Part shown: piece after piece, positions 49,881 through 58,752 of the stretch
How positions within the stretch are numbered: position 1 is the stretch's first letter
How the letters are laid out: every line of letters begins with the position of its first letter
Source: Candidatus Nealsonbacteria bacterium
Lineage (GTDB): Bacteria > Patescibacteriota > Minisyncoccia > Minisyncoccales > MHMH01
Direction: 5' to 3'
DNA length: 64,000 nucleotides
Assembly: GCA_016181965.1 (NCBI GenBank)
Contig: JACOYH010000007.1
Span: 7,110 to 71,109 of the forward strand
Notes under the pieces: generated by a model
What the model was told of the DNA's origin: nothing
What the model saw: the letters and a program-made list of their open reading frames with translations, nothing else
Database searches by the model: none
Made by a program: the position numbers and the translations under genes

Positions 49881-49932
49881 CGGTTGCTCGGCCTTTCATA
49901 ACTTATCCACAGACCGCCACGACAATGCAAAT

Positions 49933-49953
49933 GAGGGATGTTCAACATCCCTC
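49933..49953. repeat. 21-nt perfect palindrome just after the ftsZ stop
   Basis: GAGGGATGTT c AACATCCCTC, flanked by the imperfect outer pair accgccacg/cgtgcggcggt. Confidence 0.8.
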
Positions 49954-49977
49954 GCCGTGCGGCGGTTGAAGATTATT

Positions 49978-50913
49978 TTATTTTTCGAAGCCGGTGGCGA
50001 TGACGGTGATTTTTAGTTCGCCTTTTGGCATTTTTTTGTCATTGACCGCGCCGAAAATGATTTTTGCCCGGGGGTCGGCTTGCTCGGTTATAATTTGGGC
50101 CGCTTCATTAATTTCATTCAAACTCAAATCGTCGCCGCCGCTAATATTAAACAAAACACCCTTGGCTCCTTTAATTGAAAAATTAAGCAGGGAAGAATTT
50201 ATGGCCAAGCTGACGGCTGTCTCCACCCGGCGTTCCCCCCGGGCTTTTCCCATGCCAAATAAGGCGGAACCGGAGTCCTTCATAATTGTTTTGACGCCGG
50301 CAAAATCCACATTAATAATGCCGGGCAGCAAAATTAAATCGGTAATGCCCTGCACGGCCTGCCGCAAAACCTCATCGCAGGCCCAAAAGGCCTCGACCAA
50401 GCTCTTGCCCTTACTGCCTTGAGACAAAACCTTGTCGTTGGGAATAGTCAGCAAAGTGTCAACCTTTGTTTTCAAAATCTCCAGGCCTTTTTTGGCAACC
50501 TGCGCCCGATAACTGCCTTCAAACGAAAAAGGCGTAGTCGCTACGCCTACAACTAAGGCCCCGAGGCCTTTGGCAACTTCCGCCACAATCGGAGCCGCTC
50601 CCGTGCCCGTGCCGCCGCCCAGTCCGCAGGTTACAAAAACCATATCGGTACCGCTTAAAAGTTGAGCAATTTCTTCTTTATTTTCCTCGGCGGCCATTCT
50701 GCCGACTTCCGGGTTCATGCCAGCGCCCAGACCCTTGGTCAGCTCTCTGCCGATTCTTAATTTCTGCGTGGCCTTGGCCTTTTGCAGATCCTGCGCGTCG
50801 CAATTGATAATCGCCAAGTCAACACCCTGAATCTTAGCTGCCACCATGCGGGAAACGGCGTTTGCTCCGGCTCCACCCACTCCAACGACTTTTATTTTTG
50901 CGGCATAACTCAT
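49978..50913 (-). CDS. ftsZ: cell-division GTPase FtsZ
   Basis: ATG at 50913 overlaps the ftsA stop (ATGA). [10 protein letters not shown] and [13 protein letters not shown] tubulin signature. The ORF-track GTG start at 51039 lies inside ftsA. Confidence 0.95.
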   Translation of the reverse strand: MSYAAKIKVVGVGGAGANAVSRMVAAKIQGVDLAIINCDAQDLQKAKATQKLRIGRELTKGLGAGMNPEVGRMAAEENKEEIAQLLSGTDMVFVTCGLGGGTGTGAAPIVAEVAKGLGALVVGVATTPFSFEGSYRAQVAKKGLEILKTKVDTLLTIPNDKVLSQGSKGKSLVEAFWACDEVLRQAVQGITDLILLPGIINVDFAGVKTIMKDSGSALFGMGKARGERRVETAVSLAINSSLLNFSIKGAKGVLFNISGGDDLSLNEINEAAQIITEQADPRAKIIFGAVNDKKMPKGELKITVIATGFEK

Positions 50914-52136
50914 GGTATGAAATTTTGCAAAATTCCCTTCATCTTCCTGACAAAGCCCTGCGGCAACTGCGGCATACTGCGCGACCTCCCCTCGTCTAAA
51001 TCGAAAGCCGCCAACGCCAGTCCTGCGGCCGTGCTCCACAAATTATCATCATCTATGCCCAACATGCCATGCACCTTGCCGAGCCGCACGGGCAATTTTA
51101 GTTCTCTTTTAACTAGTTCTACCATTTTGGGGAGCTTCGTTCCCCCGCCAGTCAAGACAATTCCGGCAGGCAAAGAACCCTTGAGCGGGGCCTTTTTCAG
51201 TTCTTTTTGGACCTGGTCAAATATTTCGCAAACGCGCGCTTCAATAATTTTCACCAACATTTTATGGGAAAAGGAAAGCTGTTCGCCGTTGCCCTCATCT
51301 TTCGACAGCTCTATTTTCTCTTTTCTTCTGCCGCCTGAAAAAATACAGCTGCCAAACTCTTTTTTTATCTGCTCGGCCAGTTCAACGTCGGTTTTCAAGC
51401 AGATGGCAAGGTCATTGGTGATTCTTTCGGAACCCACAGGGAAAACGGCCGCATGAATCAAGTCGCCTTCTTCGTAAACCGCTACATCGGTTGTGCCCGA
51501 GCCAATGTCAACCAAGCACACGCCCAGCTCTTTTTGCTGAGGGGTTAAGACCGCTCGTGAACTGGCCAAAGCCGAGGGAGTAATATCTGCAACATGGGGC
51601 CAAGCGCTATAAATAGCGTTGCTAAGATTTTTCATAAAGGGAGAAAAAGCGCACAAGGCCAAGACGCTGACTTCCAGCCGCTGTCCCTGCATGTTTTGCG
51701 GCTCTTTGATGTGGCCCTGTCCGTCAACAATGAACTCGAGAGGAAATGTCTCTAATATCTCCCGATTAGAAGGAAGCGGAAAAACCTTAGCCGCCTCAAT
51801 AACTCTGTTCACATCCTCCTCGGAAATCTTTTGATCGGCTCGGGAAACAATAACTGTTCCGTGAGACGAGACGGAGAATATATGGCTGCCCCCGGCGCTG
51901 GCGTAAACATCGTCAATTTTACAATTGGCTTCGGAGCTAAGGCGCTCCAAGGCCTGAGTTATGCTTTTTGAAACATCTTCGGTCCTAAAAACCACTCCGC
52001 GCCTGATGCCAAAAACCGGCAAAGAAACTTTCCCAATCACTTCAAGGACCTGATTCTCCTGGTCTCGGGAGGCAATTATTGCCTTAATCGAACTTGTCCC
52101 AATGTCCAAGCCGCAAATTGTATGATTCTTGGCCAT
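50910..52136 (-). CDS. ftsA: cell-division protein FtsA
   Basis: Actin-fold motifs GLDIGTSSIKAII and VDIGSGTTDVAVY; lies upstream of ftsZ. Confidence 0.9.
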   Translation of the reverse strand: MAKNHTICGLDIGTSSIKAIIASRDQENQVLEVIGKVSLPVFGIRRGVVFRTEDVSKSITQALERLSSEANCKIDDVYASAGGSHIFSVSSHGTVIVSRADQKISEEDVNRVIEAAKVFPLPSNREILETFPLEFIVDGQGHIKEPQNMQGQRLEVSVLALCAFSPFMKNLSNAIYSAWPHVADITPSALASSRAVLTPQQKELGVCLVDIGSGTTDVAVYEEGDLIHAAVFPVGSERITNDLAICLKTDVELAEQIKKEFGSCIFSGGRRKEKIELSKDEGNGEQLSFSHKMLVKIIEARVCEIFDQVQKELKKAPLKGSLPAGIVLTGGGTKLPKMVELVKRELKLPVRLGKVHGMLGIDDDNLWSTAAGLALAAFDLDEGRSRSMPQLPQGFVRKMKGILQNFIP

Positions 52137-52147
52137 TAAATAACTTT

Positions 52148-52618
52148 TTAAGAAGTTAATAAATCCTTAACGAGCTGCGAAACCAAAGCGCCGTCAGCCC
52201 TGCCCTTAACCTTGGGCATAAGCGCGGCCATGACTTTTCCCATGTCTTTTTGCCCGGCCGCTCCGGTTTTTTCGATTGCTTCTTTGACCAGTCCTCGAAC
52301 TTCTTCTTCGGAAAGCTGTTCGGGCAAATATTTTTTTAAGATTTCCGTTTCTTGTTTCTCTTTCTCTGCCATTTCAGAGCGCCCGGCCTTCTCGTATTCT
52401 ATCGCCGCCTCTCTTCTTTTTTTGGCCTCAGAGGAAATGACATCCGCAATCTCCTCGTCGGCGAGTCGAACATCCTTTTCTTCGCCCAATTTATATCTTT
52501 TTTCTTTTTCTTTATTTAAAATCGCGGCCGAAAGCATTCTTAAAACAGAGGATTTTAATTCTTCTTTGCTTTTAACGGCTTCCGTTAAATCCTTTAAGAT
52601 TTCTTCTTTTAAAGCCAT
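52148..52618 (-). CDS. yqeY: GatB/YqeY-domain protein
   Basis: ALKEEILKDLTEAVKSK...VLRMLSAAILNKEKE...MGKVMAALMPKVKGRADG. Confidence 0.8.
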   Translation of the reverse strand: MALKEEILKDLTEAVKSKEELKSSVLRMLSAAILNKEKEKRYKLGEEKDVRLADEEIADVISSEAKKRREAAIEYEKAGRSEMAEKEKQETEILKKYLPEQLSEEEVRGLVKEAIEKTGAAGQKDMGKVMAALMPKVKGRADGALVSQLVKDLLTS

Positions 52619-52834
52619 TTACGCCTTGCCCATTTTTTTTAATTCGGCGTACTCCTGTCTCAATTCTTCCCTCCTCATAGCAGCTTTCTTCTTTGCGGCT
52701 TCGCTTTTCTTTCTGGCATGAAAACGCCCCTTTCTCGCCCTAACCAAAATACCGCTTTGCTGCATGCTCTTTTGAAAGCGGCGAATTAAGACCTGCGTTG
52801 GTTCTCTTTCTTGTTTTTTTACTTGCAATACCAT
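52619..52834 (-). CDS. rpsU: 30S ribosomal protein bS21
   Basis: 71 aa basic protein: ...LIRRFQKSMQQSGILVRARKGRFHARKKSE... Confidence 0.85.
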   Translation of the reverse strand: MVLQVKKQEREPTQVLIRRFQKSMQQSGILVRARKGRFHARKKSEAAKKKAAMRREELRQEYAELKKMGKA

Positions 52835-52872
52835 GTTTAATTAATTTAAAATTTAAGGTGATTGTGCTTATG

Positions 52873-52901
52873 ATTCTATCTCCTTTCTGGCAATTTTACA
52901 A
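52873..52901 (-). promoter_or_regulatory. sigma-70-type promoter upstream of rpsU (TTGTAA-N17-TAGAAT)
   Basis: Minus strand: ttgtaa (52901-52896), 17 nt, tagaat (52878-52873), about 38 nt before the ATG. Confidence 0.5.
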
Positions 52902-52926
52902 AAAATGCATTCATCCACAGTGTTTG

Positions 52927-54216
52927 TTACTTCTTGAGCTGTTTTTTTAATTCGTCAACCGCTTTGTCTAACTTCACAACATCTTGCTTGCCCGTCTTCA
53001 TGTCTCGGATAATTACCGTATTCTCAAGGGCTTCCTTTTGGCCGATAATCAACGCGTAGGGAACCTGAAATCTGTCGGCCGAACGCAATTGCGCTTTCAA
53101 CGAATCACGGCCGAATGATTCAGCGACGGGAATTTTTGCCTTGCGCAATTCCTCAAACAATTTCAAACTTTTCCTTTTGGCCAGGCCGCCGAGTTGGGCC
53201 AAAAATATGCCCTTGCTCTGCAATTGCGGCCCGGGTTCGATCTTCATTGCTCCTCGCAAATGTTCGACTATTCTCTCCACTCCGGCCGCGCCCCCGCAAG
53301 CTGGCGTATCCCTTCCGCCGAGCAGTTTAACTAAGGCGTCATACCTGCCGCCTCCCACCAAAGCCGCTGATTTTTCTCCGCTCTCGGATTCCTGAAAAAT
53401 CTCAAATACGGTTTTTGTATAGTAATCCAGCCCTCTTACCAAGTATGGATTCAAACGATACGGTAAGTCAAGCTCGTCTAAAAATTCCAGCACTTCCTTA
53501 AAATGCGCCTTGCACGCCTCGCAAAGATGGTCGACTATTTGAGGCGCCTGCGCCTTAACCGGCTGGCACTTCTCTTCTTTGCAGTCAAGCACTCGCAAAG
53601 GATTTTGCTTGGCCCGGCGGCGGCAATCGGCGCAAAGCGAACTTTCGCGCGCCTTTAGGTAATTAGCCAGCAGTTTTTTGTAGTAAGGCCGGCACTGGCT
53701 GTCGCCGATGCTGTTAACTTCCACGACTAAATTTTTAAACTTCAGTTCTTTTAGGATATTATAAAAAATCTGTATCAGCTGGGCGTCGGCAACCGGAGTT
53801 TGCTCTCCAAACATCTCAAGATTGAACTGGTGAAATTGCCGGTACCTGCCCGCCTGCGGCTTTTCCGACCTGAATAAGGGGCCGATAGAATAAAATTTCA
53901 ATGGCTGGGGCAAATTAAACATGCCGTGTTCAATATAGGCCCGGGCAATGCCTGCGGTAAATTCGGGGCGCAGGGCCAAAAAATCACCGCCCCTTGTCCG
54001 CAGGGCGTACATTTGTTTTTCAACTACATCGGTTGACAAACCGATGCCTTTCGAAAAAAGCTCGGCGTCTTCCAGTATGGGAGTGTCTATTTTTTTGAAA
54101 CCGTAAAAATCAACAATGCCTTCGGCAGCGCTGTAAAGCTTCTGATAGTACGGCTGATCTGGCGGCAGGATATCATGCATGCCAGTTGGCGCCTGAAATT
54201 TGTTTTTTGGTATCAT
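52927..54216 (-). CDS. hisS: histidine--tRNA ligase
   Basis: GMHDILP...RPEFTAGIARAY...FRSEKPQAGRYRQFHQ...GGGRYD. Confidence 0.95.
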   Translation of the reverse strand: MIPKNKFQAPTGMHDILPPDQPYYQKLYSAAEGIVDFYGFKKIDTPILEDAELFSKGIGLSTDVVEKQMYALRTRGGDFLALRPEFTAGIARAYIEHGMFNLPQPLKFYSIGPLFRSEKPQAGRYRQFHQFNLEMFGEQTPVADAQLIQIFYNILKELKFKNLVVEVNSIGDSQCRPYYKKLLANYLKARESSLCADCRRRAKQNPLRVLDCKEEKCQPVKAQAPQIVDHLCEACKAHFKEVLEFLDELDLPYRLNPYLVRGLDYYTKTVFEIFQESESGEKSAALVGGGRYDALVKLLGGRDTPACGGAAGVERIVEHLRGAMKIEPGPQLQSKGIFLAQLGGLAKRKSLKLFEELRKAKIPVAESFGRDSLKAQLRSADRFQVPYALIIGQKEALENTVIIRDMKTGKQDVVKLDKAVDELKKQLKK

Positions 54217-54743
54217 ATCTTAGCTAAAGCCGTGAAGGGCCATGCCCTCAAAAAAACCCGGCCTATAATATTATCCTCCGGAACCGCTCCCCATCTTCGC
54301 GAATCAGACGAAACGGCGCGGTTGTCGCCCAGCACGAAATACTCGTCTTGGCTCAAAGAGACCCTTACCGCTCCGGCCGTCTCTATAAAATCAGCAAGGT
54401 AAGACGACTCATTCAGCGTTTCGGCAATGCCGTCCTTGTAAATAATTATCTGCCCGCCCTCTATCTGGATTGTCTCTCCGGGCAAGCCGATAATTCTTTT
54501 GATATATTTTTGCGAAGGATTATTGGGATATTTGAAGACAATGGTTTCCCCTCTTTCCGGACTGCGTAAATGATATGAAAGCTCGTCAATAATCAAATAA
54601 TCCCCTGTGAAAAAAGAGGGCTCCATGCTTTGTCCCCTGACGAAAAACGGCTGAAAGATAAAATAGCGGATAGGCACCACTATCAGCAGGGCAACGACAA
54701 CTATTTTAGAAACTTCCCAAATAAAAATAAGAAAGTTTTTCAT
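54213..54743 (-). CDS. lepB: signal peptidase I
   Basis: GQSMEPSF (Ser), IKRIIGLPGE (Lys), VLGDNRAVSSDSRRWG. ATG at 54743; the ORF-track start at 54782 is TTG. Confidence 0.85.
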   Translation of the reverse strand: MKNFLIFIWEVSKIVVVALLIVVPIRYFIFQPFFVRGQSMEPSFFTGDYLIIDELSYHLRSPERGETIVFKYPNNPSQKYIKRIIGLPGETIQIEGGQIIIYKDGIAETLNESSYLADFIETAGAVRVSLSQDEYFVLGDNRAVSSDSRRWGAVPEDNIIGRVFLRAWPFTALAKI

Positions 54744-54769
54744 ATCTTTAGTTATTATATATAAACTTT

Positions 54770-54798
54770 TTATCAAAAGCAAGAGGGCGTGGTATAAT
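54770..54798 (+). promoter_or_regulatory. promoter of pth (TTATCA-N17-TGgTATAAT), 7 nt from the ATG
   Basis: ttatca 54770-54775; tg at 54790-54791; tataat 54793-54798; aaaaaat; ATG at 54806. Confidence 0.55.
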
Positions 54799-54805
54799 AA
54801 AAAAT

Positions 54806-55273
54806 ATGAAACTAATCATCGGCTTGGGCAATCCCGGCAAAAAATACGAAAAAACGCGGCACAACTTCGGCTTTTTGGCTATAGACGAACTGCAAAAGCA
54901 AACGCCGAAAGACGCTATTTTACTGAAGCCCGACACTTTTATGAACAAATCGGGCAAAGCCGTTAAAGAAAAAGCGGCCTACTATAAAATAAAGCCGCAA
55001 GATATTTGGGTTATTCACGACGATATTGATTTGCCGTTAGGAGAGTATAAAATTTCCCGCGGACAGGGCTCGGCCGGGCACAAGGGCGTCCAATCAATTA
55101 TAGACGAACTCGGCACTAAGGATTTCAATAGAATTCGTCTTGGCATTTGCCCGGCCTCGGGCAAGCCCTCCAATGTAGAGGACTTTGTTTTGCAAAAGTT
55201 CACCGCCGAAGAAGAAAAAATCATTACTGGGGCTCTTGACTTATTAAGGTCTGACTTCAACAAACTAAACTAA
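54806..55273 (+). CDS. pth: peptidyl-tRNA hydrolase (short, 155 aa)
   Basis: MKLIIGLGNPGKKYEKTRHNFGF...KPDTFMNKSG...HDDIDLPLG...GHKG. Confidence 0.9.
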   Translation: MKLIIGLGNPGKKYEKTRHNFGFLAIDELQKQTPKDAILLKPDTFMNKSGKAVKEKAAYYKIKPQDIWVIHDDIDLPLGEYKISRGQGSAGHKGVQSIIDELGTKDFNRIRLGICPASGKPSNVEDFVLQKFTAEEEKIITGALDLLRSDFNKLN

Positions 55274-55275
55274 AA

Positions 55276-55309
55276 AAGGTTGGGGATAATCTCCCCAACC
55301 TTGGTTTTT
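55276..55309. terminator. bidirectional Rho-independent terminator (pth on +, paralogue 1 on -)
   Basis: aaggttgggga taatc tccccaacctt with GGTTTTT downstream on + and A6 (U6 on -) upstream. Confidence 0.75.
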
Positions 55310-55320
55310 CGACGAGCCCC

Positions 55321-55920
55321 TTAAAGGAAAAATAGCGCGGACCAGAATAAGAGGGCGAGGATAAATGACATGATAACAGGAGCTGCATAGCTCTGAAATT
55401 GCCTCGTGGCTAGCCTTGTAAAGGAAAAAAGCGTCGCCACTATGGCCATAACGAACAGGAAAATCTGCAACACGCCATTTACTGGGCCATAATCCCGCAC
55501 GGTCACATCGCGACCGGTCAGCCGGACGAGATAGGTCCTGACCTTTGCTTTTCGGTCGCGAGCGAACCAGCCGGTGGCGTCCCAGTACCCGTTCACTGCC
55601 AGCACAAGTTCATCGGGCAGAACGACCGTGGTCGCCAGCTCATAGAACTTGAGGTAGTCGTCGGCATTTGACTTGGCTTGGCCAAAATCCTCAATGCCCT
55701 TCTGCAGTTCGCGCATTTCTTTGCCGTCGACAATTTGGTCAGCGGCTACTTGCCCTGCCGTTGCCAAAACCGCGTCTCTCTTTTCGGCCAACAGCCGTTC
55801 TTTTTCGGCCAAAACCTGCTGACCAGCTTTTTTGAAGTTGGCCTCCTCGTCGGCTATGGCCGAACCCGCTGCTCCCAACAGCAACAACCCCGCGACAACC
55901 GCCACCAGTGCCTTTTTCAT
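55321..55920 (-). CDS. secreted/membrane protein of unknown family, paralogue 1 (G+C-rich)
   Basis: Signal peptide, soluble domain (EKRDAVLATAGQVAADQIV..KEMREL...FARDRKAKVRTYLV) and two C-terminal TM helices ending LFFL. GGGAGG SD. About 45-50% identical to 58050-58646. Confidence 0.7.
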   Translation of the reverse strand: MKKALVAVVAGLLLLGAAGSAIADEEANFKKAGQQVLAEKERLLAEKRDAVLATAGQVAADQIVDGKEMRELQKGIEDFGQAKSNADDYLKFYELATTVVLPDELVLAVNGYWDATGWFARDRKAKVRTYLVRLTGRDVTVRDYGPVNGVLQIFLFVMAIVATLFSFTRLATRQFQSYAAPVIMSFILALLFWSALFFL

Positions 55921-55986
55921 GTCTTCCTCCCTTTCTTATTTGGCTTCTTTTGACAAAGAGCCGATTTTCTTATATAGCATAAACGA

Positions 55987-57987
55987 ATGGAAAAGTCAAC
56001 CCTAGACCGGGTTTTAATCGTTGGCATCACCCCCTACTTCTTGGAAAGGGAGAATTTTTGGTTTGAAGAAAACCTGCAAAAGATATTAACGGCGAGAAAA
56101 ACCCAGTCGTTCTTTGAAGATAATATTGTTTTTTTAGAAAAGGGCAGTGATTTCAATTTTTCGCGGCTGCTCCGGCAACTTGACGAAATGGGCTATGAAA
56201 TAGTGCAAGAAGTCGCGGAACCCGGCGAAATAGCAAGGCATGGCGGCACGATTGACATTTTTCCGGTCAACTTAAATCGGGCCGTTAGAATTAATTACTT
56301 CGGCAACAAGATTGAAGAAATAGAACAATCAAATACTTGTGTTAGCGATGAAAAAAAAGACAAAGAACGGCTGAAGAAAAAACTAAAGAATCAAAAAATA
56401 TATTCCCAATTGCAAGGCCTAAAGCCGGGCGATTTTTTGGTGCACCTAGACCACGGCATCGGGCTCTTGACGGGGATAACTGGAAGTCCGGCTTCCGCGG
56501 GAAGCCGGACTTCCTCGTTTCCGTTTCCGCAGAAATATTACGTTTTAGAATATGCCTCGGGCGATAAATTATATGTGCCGCTGGGCCTTGAGAGAAAACT
56601 TTCGCGCTATGTCGGCTTTATTAATCCTAAAATTTCCCGGTTGAGCGCGCCGACTTGGTTGAATACGAAAAGGAAAGTCAAAGAGGAAACCGAAAAGTTA
56701 GCCGCAGAGCTTCTGGAAATATACGCTCAACGAGAAGTGGCTCGGCGCCAGCCCTACAGCCGCGATTTTGAAATGGAAGCGAAAATTCAAGAGACGTTTG
56801 CCTATCTTGAAACACCCGATCAGGCGCAGGCAACAAATGACATTGCCAAGGACCTTGAAGAGTCGGAAATGCCTATGGACAGGATTGTCTGCGGGGACGT
56901 TGGTTTTGGCAAAACAGAAATCGCCCTAAGGGCTGTCATTAAGGCGGTAAGCAACGGCAAGCAGGCGGCCATGATTTGCCCCACCACTATTTTGGCTTCA
57001 CAGCACTATCAAAACTTCACCCACCGGCTGAACAATCTGCCAGTCAAAATCGCGCTGATAAGCCGCCTGCAATCTAAAAGCGAACAAAAAACAATTGCCG
57101 GACAATTAAAGGCGGGGGAAATAGACATTGCCATTGGCACTCACCGGCTGCTTTCTGCCGATATTGCATTTAAGAATTTGGGCATGCTCGTTATCGACGA
57201 CGAGCAGAAATTCGGCGTGGAGCAAAAAGAGCGTCTCAAAAGAATCCGGCCGCAGTTAGATATTCTCTCGCTGTCGGCTACGCCCATTCCCCGCACTCTT
57301 TATTTTGCTCTCTCATCGCTAAAGAATATCAGTATTGTTAAAACGCCTCCGCCGGAACGGTTGCCTGTTGAGACCTTTATCAAACCACGCTCGGAAAAAA
57401 TTATCCGGCGGGCAATTGAGGCGGAAATCACCAGAGGAGGCCAGGTTTATTATTTGCACAACCGAGTTGCCACCATTGAAATGGTTAAAAAATCTTTGGC
57501 GGAAAAATTCCCCCATCTGAATGTTGGCGTTGTTCACGGCAGAATGAATGAACCGGAAATGGTGTCGGTCATGCGCGATTTCAAAGAAAAAAATATTGAT
57601 GTGCTCGTAGCCACCACTATTATTGAAAACGGCATAGACCTCTCCAACGCCAATACTTTGGTTGTGGCCGATGCCGCCAAACTCGGCTTGGCGCAGGCGC
57701 ACCAAATCAGGGGCAGAGTGGGTCGCTCAAATGTTCGGGCCTTTGCCTATTTTCTGCATTCGGGCAAATTAAACGATTTAGCAAAAAGGCGCCTGCAAGC
57801 GCTCAAAGAGGCGCAAAATCTTGGGTCGGGCTATAAAGTCGCCCTGCAAGATATGGAAATACGAGGGGCAGGCAATATTCTCGGCAAAGAACAATCGGGC
57901 AGTGTCAATCAAGTGGGTCTGAATTTGTACTGTCAGATGTTAAGCGAAGTGATTGAAAAACTGAAAACTGCCAAACCTGCCCCGTAA
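55987..57987 (+). CDS. mfd: transcription-repair coupling factor Mfd, shortened (666 aa)
   Basis: UvrB_inter-like N-terminus (GEIARHGGTIDIFP), CarD_TRCF/RID (LKPGDFLVHLDHGIG...YVLEYASGDKLYVPL), and SF2 motifs GDVGFGKTE, DDEQKFG, SATPIPRTL. No visible D2 or D7 regions. Confidence 0.85.
   Translation: MEKSTLDRVLIVGITPYFLERENFWFEENLQKILTARKTQSFFEDNIVFLEKGSDFNFSRLLRQLDEMGYEIVQEVAEPGEIARHGGTIDIFPVNLNRAVRINYFGNKIEEIEQSNTCVSDEKKDKERLKKKLKNQKIYSQLQGLKPGDFLVHLDHGIGLLTGITGSPASAGSRTSSFPFPQKYYVLEYASGDKLYVPLGLERKLSRYVGFINPKISRLSAPTWLNTKRKVKEETEKLAAELLEIYAQREVARRQPYSRDFEMEAKIQETFAYLETPDQAQATNDIAKDLEESEMPMDRIVCGDVGFGKTEIALRAVIKAVSNGKQAAMICPTTILASQHYQNFTHRLNNLPVKIALISRLQSKSEQKTIAGQLKAGEIDIAIGTHRLLSADIAFKNLGMLVIDDEQKFGVEQKERLKRIRPQLDILSLSATPIPRTLYFALSSLKNISIVKTPPPERLPVETFIKPRSEKIIRRAIEAEITRGGQVYYLHNRVATIEMVKKSLAEKFPHLNVGVVHGRMNEPEMVSVMRDFKEKNIDVLVATTIIENGIDLSNANTLVVADAAKLGLAQAHQIRGRVGRSNVRAFAYFLHSGKLNDLAKRRLQALKEAQNLGSGYKVALQDMEIRGAGNILGKEQSGSVNQVGLNLYCQMLSEVIEKLKTAKPAP
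56482..56514. repeat. Palindrome family P1, copy C, exactly 11 codons inside the Mfd RID domain
   Basis: GGAAGTCCGGCTTCC gcg GGAAGCCGGACTTCC, 15-bp perfect arms. Starts at a codon boundary and encodes GSPASAGSRTS. Confidence 0.9.
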
Positions 57988-58019
57988 AAAACCGAAGGTT
58001 TTTGTACGGGGTGCTCTAG

Positions 58020-58045
58020 AAAAAGTTGAGGACAATGTCCTCAAC
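58020..58045 (-). terminator. Rho-independent terminator of paralogue 2
   Basis: Minus-strand guugaggac auu guccucaac followed by U5. Confidence 0.65.
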
Positions 58046-58049
58046 TATA

Positions 58050-58646
58050 TTAAAGGAAAAATAGCCAGCGCCAAAGAAAGACAGCGGATAAACCAGACGC
58101 AATGAAAGACGCAAACACCGCTATATTTCTCTTGCCCATAAGGAAGAGAGCGTCAAAGAACGCAACGAAACAGGAACTAGCGAGTAGAGCCATAAGCGCG
58201 GCAAGGAATTGCCACAGGCCCAATATAATAGAATCCTGCACAATGATGTCATGTCCTGCGAGTCCGACGAGATAAGTCCTGACTTTTGCGCTTCTGTCGC
58301 GGGCAAAAAAACTATTAGAAACCCAGTACTCATCTACCGCTTGCGTAAGCTCTGCCGGCAAAACAACTGTGGTCGTTAGGCCGTAGGATGTTAAATAGTA
58401 ATCGGCCTCGGACTTGGCCCGGCTAAAACTTTCAATGCCCCTTATAAGTTCCCGCATTTCCTTGCTGGTGACAATCTGGTCGGCGGCAACTTGCCCCGTG
58501 GTTGCCAAGACCGCATCTCTCTTTTCGATCAGTATGCGCTCTTCTTCAATTAGCTTCTTCTGGCCTGCTTTATCATCAGCCGTGGCCATATCAGTTGTGC
58601 CCAGCAGCAATAGTGCCGCGAAAATCGCCAATATCGCTCTTTTCAT
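58050..58646 (-). CDS. secreted/membrane protein of unknown family, paralogue 2
   Basis: ATG at 58646 (MKRAILAIFAALLLLG...) preceded by GGGAGG. EKRDAVLATTGQVAADQIV..KEMREL...FARDRSAKVRTYLV; ends LFFL. The longer ORF-track start at 58793 reads through repeats. Confidence 0.7.
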   Translation of the reverse strand: MKRAILAIFAALLLLGTTDMATADDKAGQKKLIEEERILIEKRDAVLATTGQVAADQIVTSKEMRELIRGIESFSRAKSEADYYLTSYGLTTTVVLPAELTQAVDEYWVSNSFFARDRSAKVRTYLVGLAGHDIIVQDSIILGLWQFLAALMALLASSCFVAFFDALFLMGKRNIAVFASFIASGLSAVFLWRWLFFL

Positions 58647-58704
58647 TTCTGCCTCCCTCGCTGTTTTGCTTATAGCACAAAACACGAAACAATAAAAAAG
58701 CCAT

Positions 58705-58729
58705 GTGTTAGACATCGGATGTCTAACAC
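58705..58729. repeat. Palindrome family P3, copy 2
   Basis: GTGTTAGACAT cgg ATGTCTAACAC, 59 nt upstream of the paralogue-2 ATG. Confidence 0.85.
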
Positions 58730-58752
58730 CTTGACCGATGAACGGCGATATG

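Noticed and set aside
19945-49911. Replication origin inferred from perfect DnaA boxes
   Set aside because: The boxes are 6-24 kb apart, apart from one pair 205 bp apart. There is no cluster of three or more boxes with an AT-rich unwinding element, and no dnaA, dnaN or gyrB nearby.
49782-49977. Cobalamin riboswitch or NrdR box upstream of nrdJ
   Set aside because: I could not recognise the B12-box or a conserved riboswitch core, nor an NrdR-type palindrome. The spacer is explained by a palindrome, a canonical ftsZ terminator and an AT-rich leader. An Rfam scan would be the decisive check.
50914-51039. N-terminal extensions of ftsZ (GTG 51039), iscS (TTG 40059), anti-sigma (TTG 26333), GT2 (TTG 42321), the coiled-coil gene (TTG 27404) and paralogue 2 (58793)
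   Set aside because: The longest-ORF starts use non-ATG codons or read through upstream repeats (58793), and they overlap the upstream gene or a palindrome. Internal ATGs give canonical N-termini and tidy ATGA/TAATG junctions.
50782-51456. 224-aa plus-strand ORF
   Set aside because: It lies antisense to the ftsA/ftsZ junction. It is Ser/Pro/Cys-rich with low-complexity composition and has no motif support. ftsA and ftsZ are unambiguous on the minus strand.
52212-52721. 169-aa plus-strand ORF
   Set aside because: It is antisense to yqeY and rpsU. The S/F/A-rich low-complexity sequence is a shadow of Lys/Glu-rich genes.
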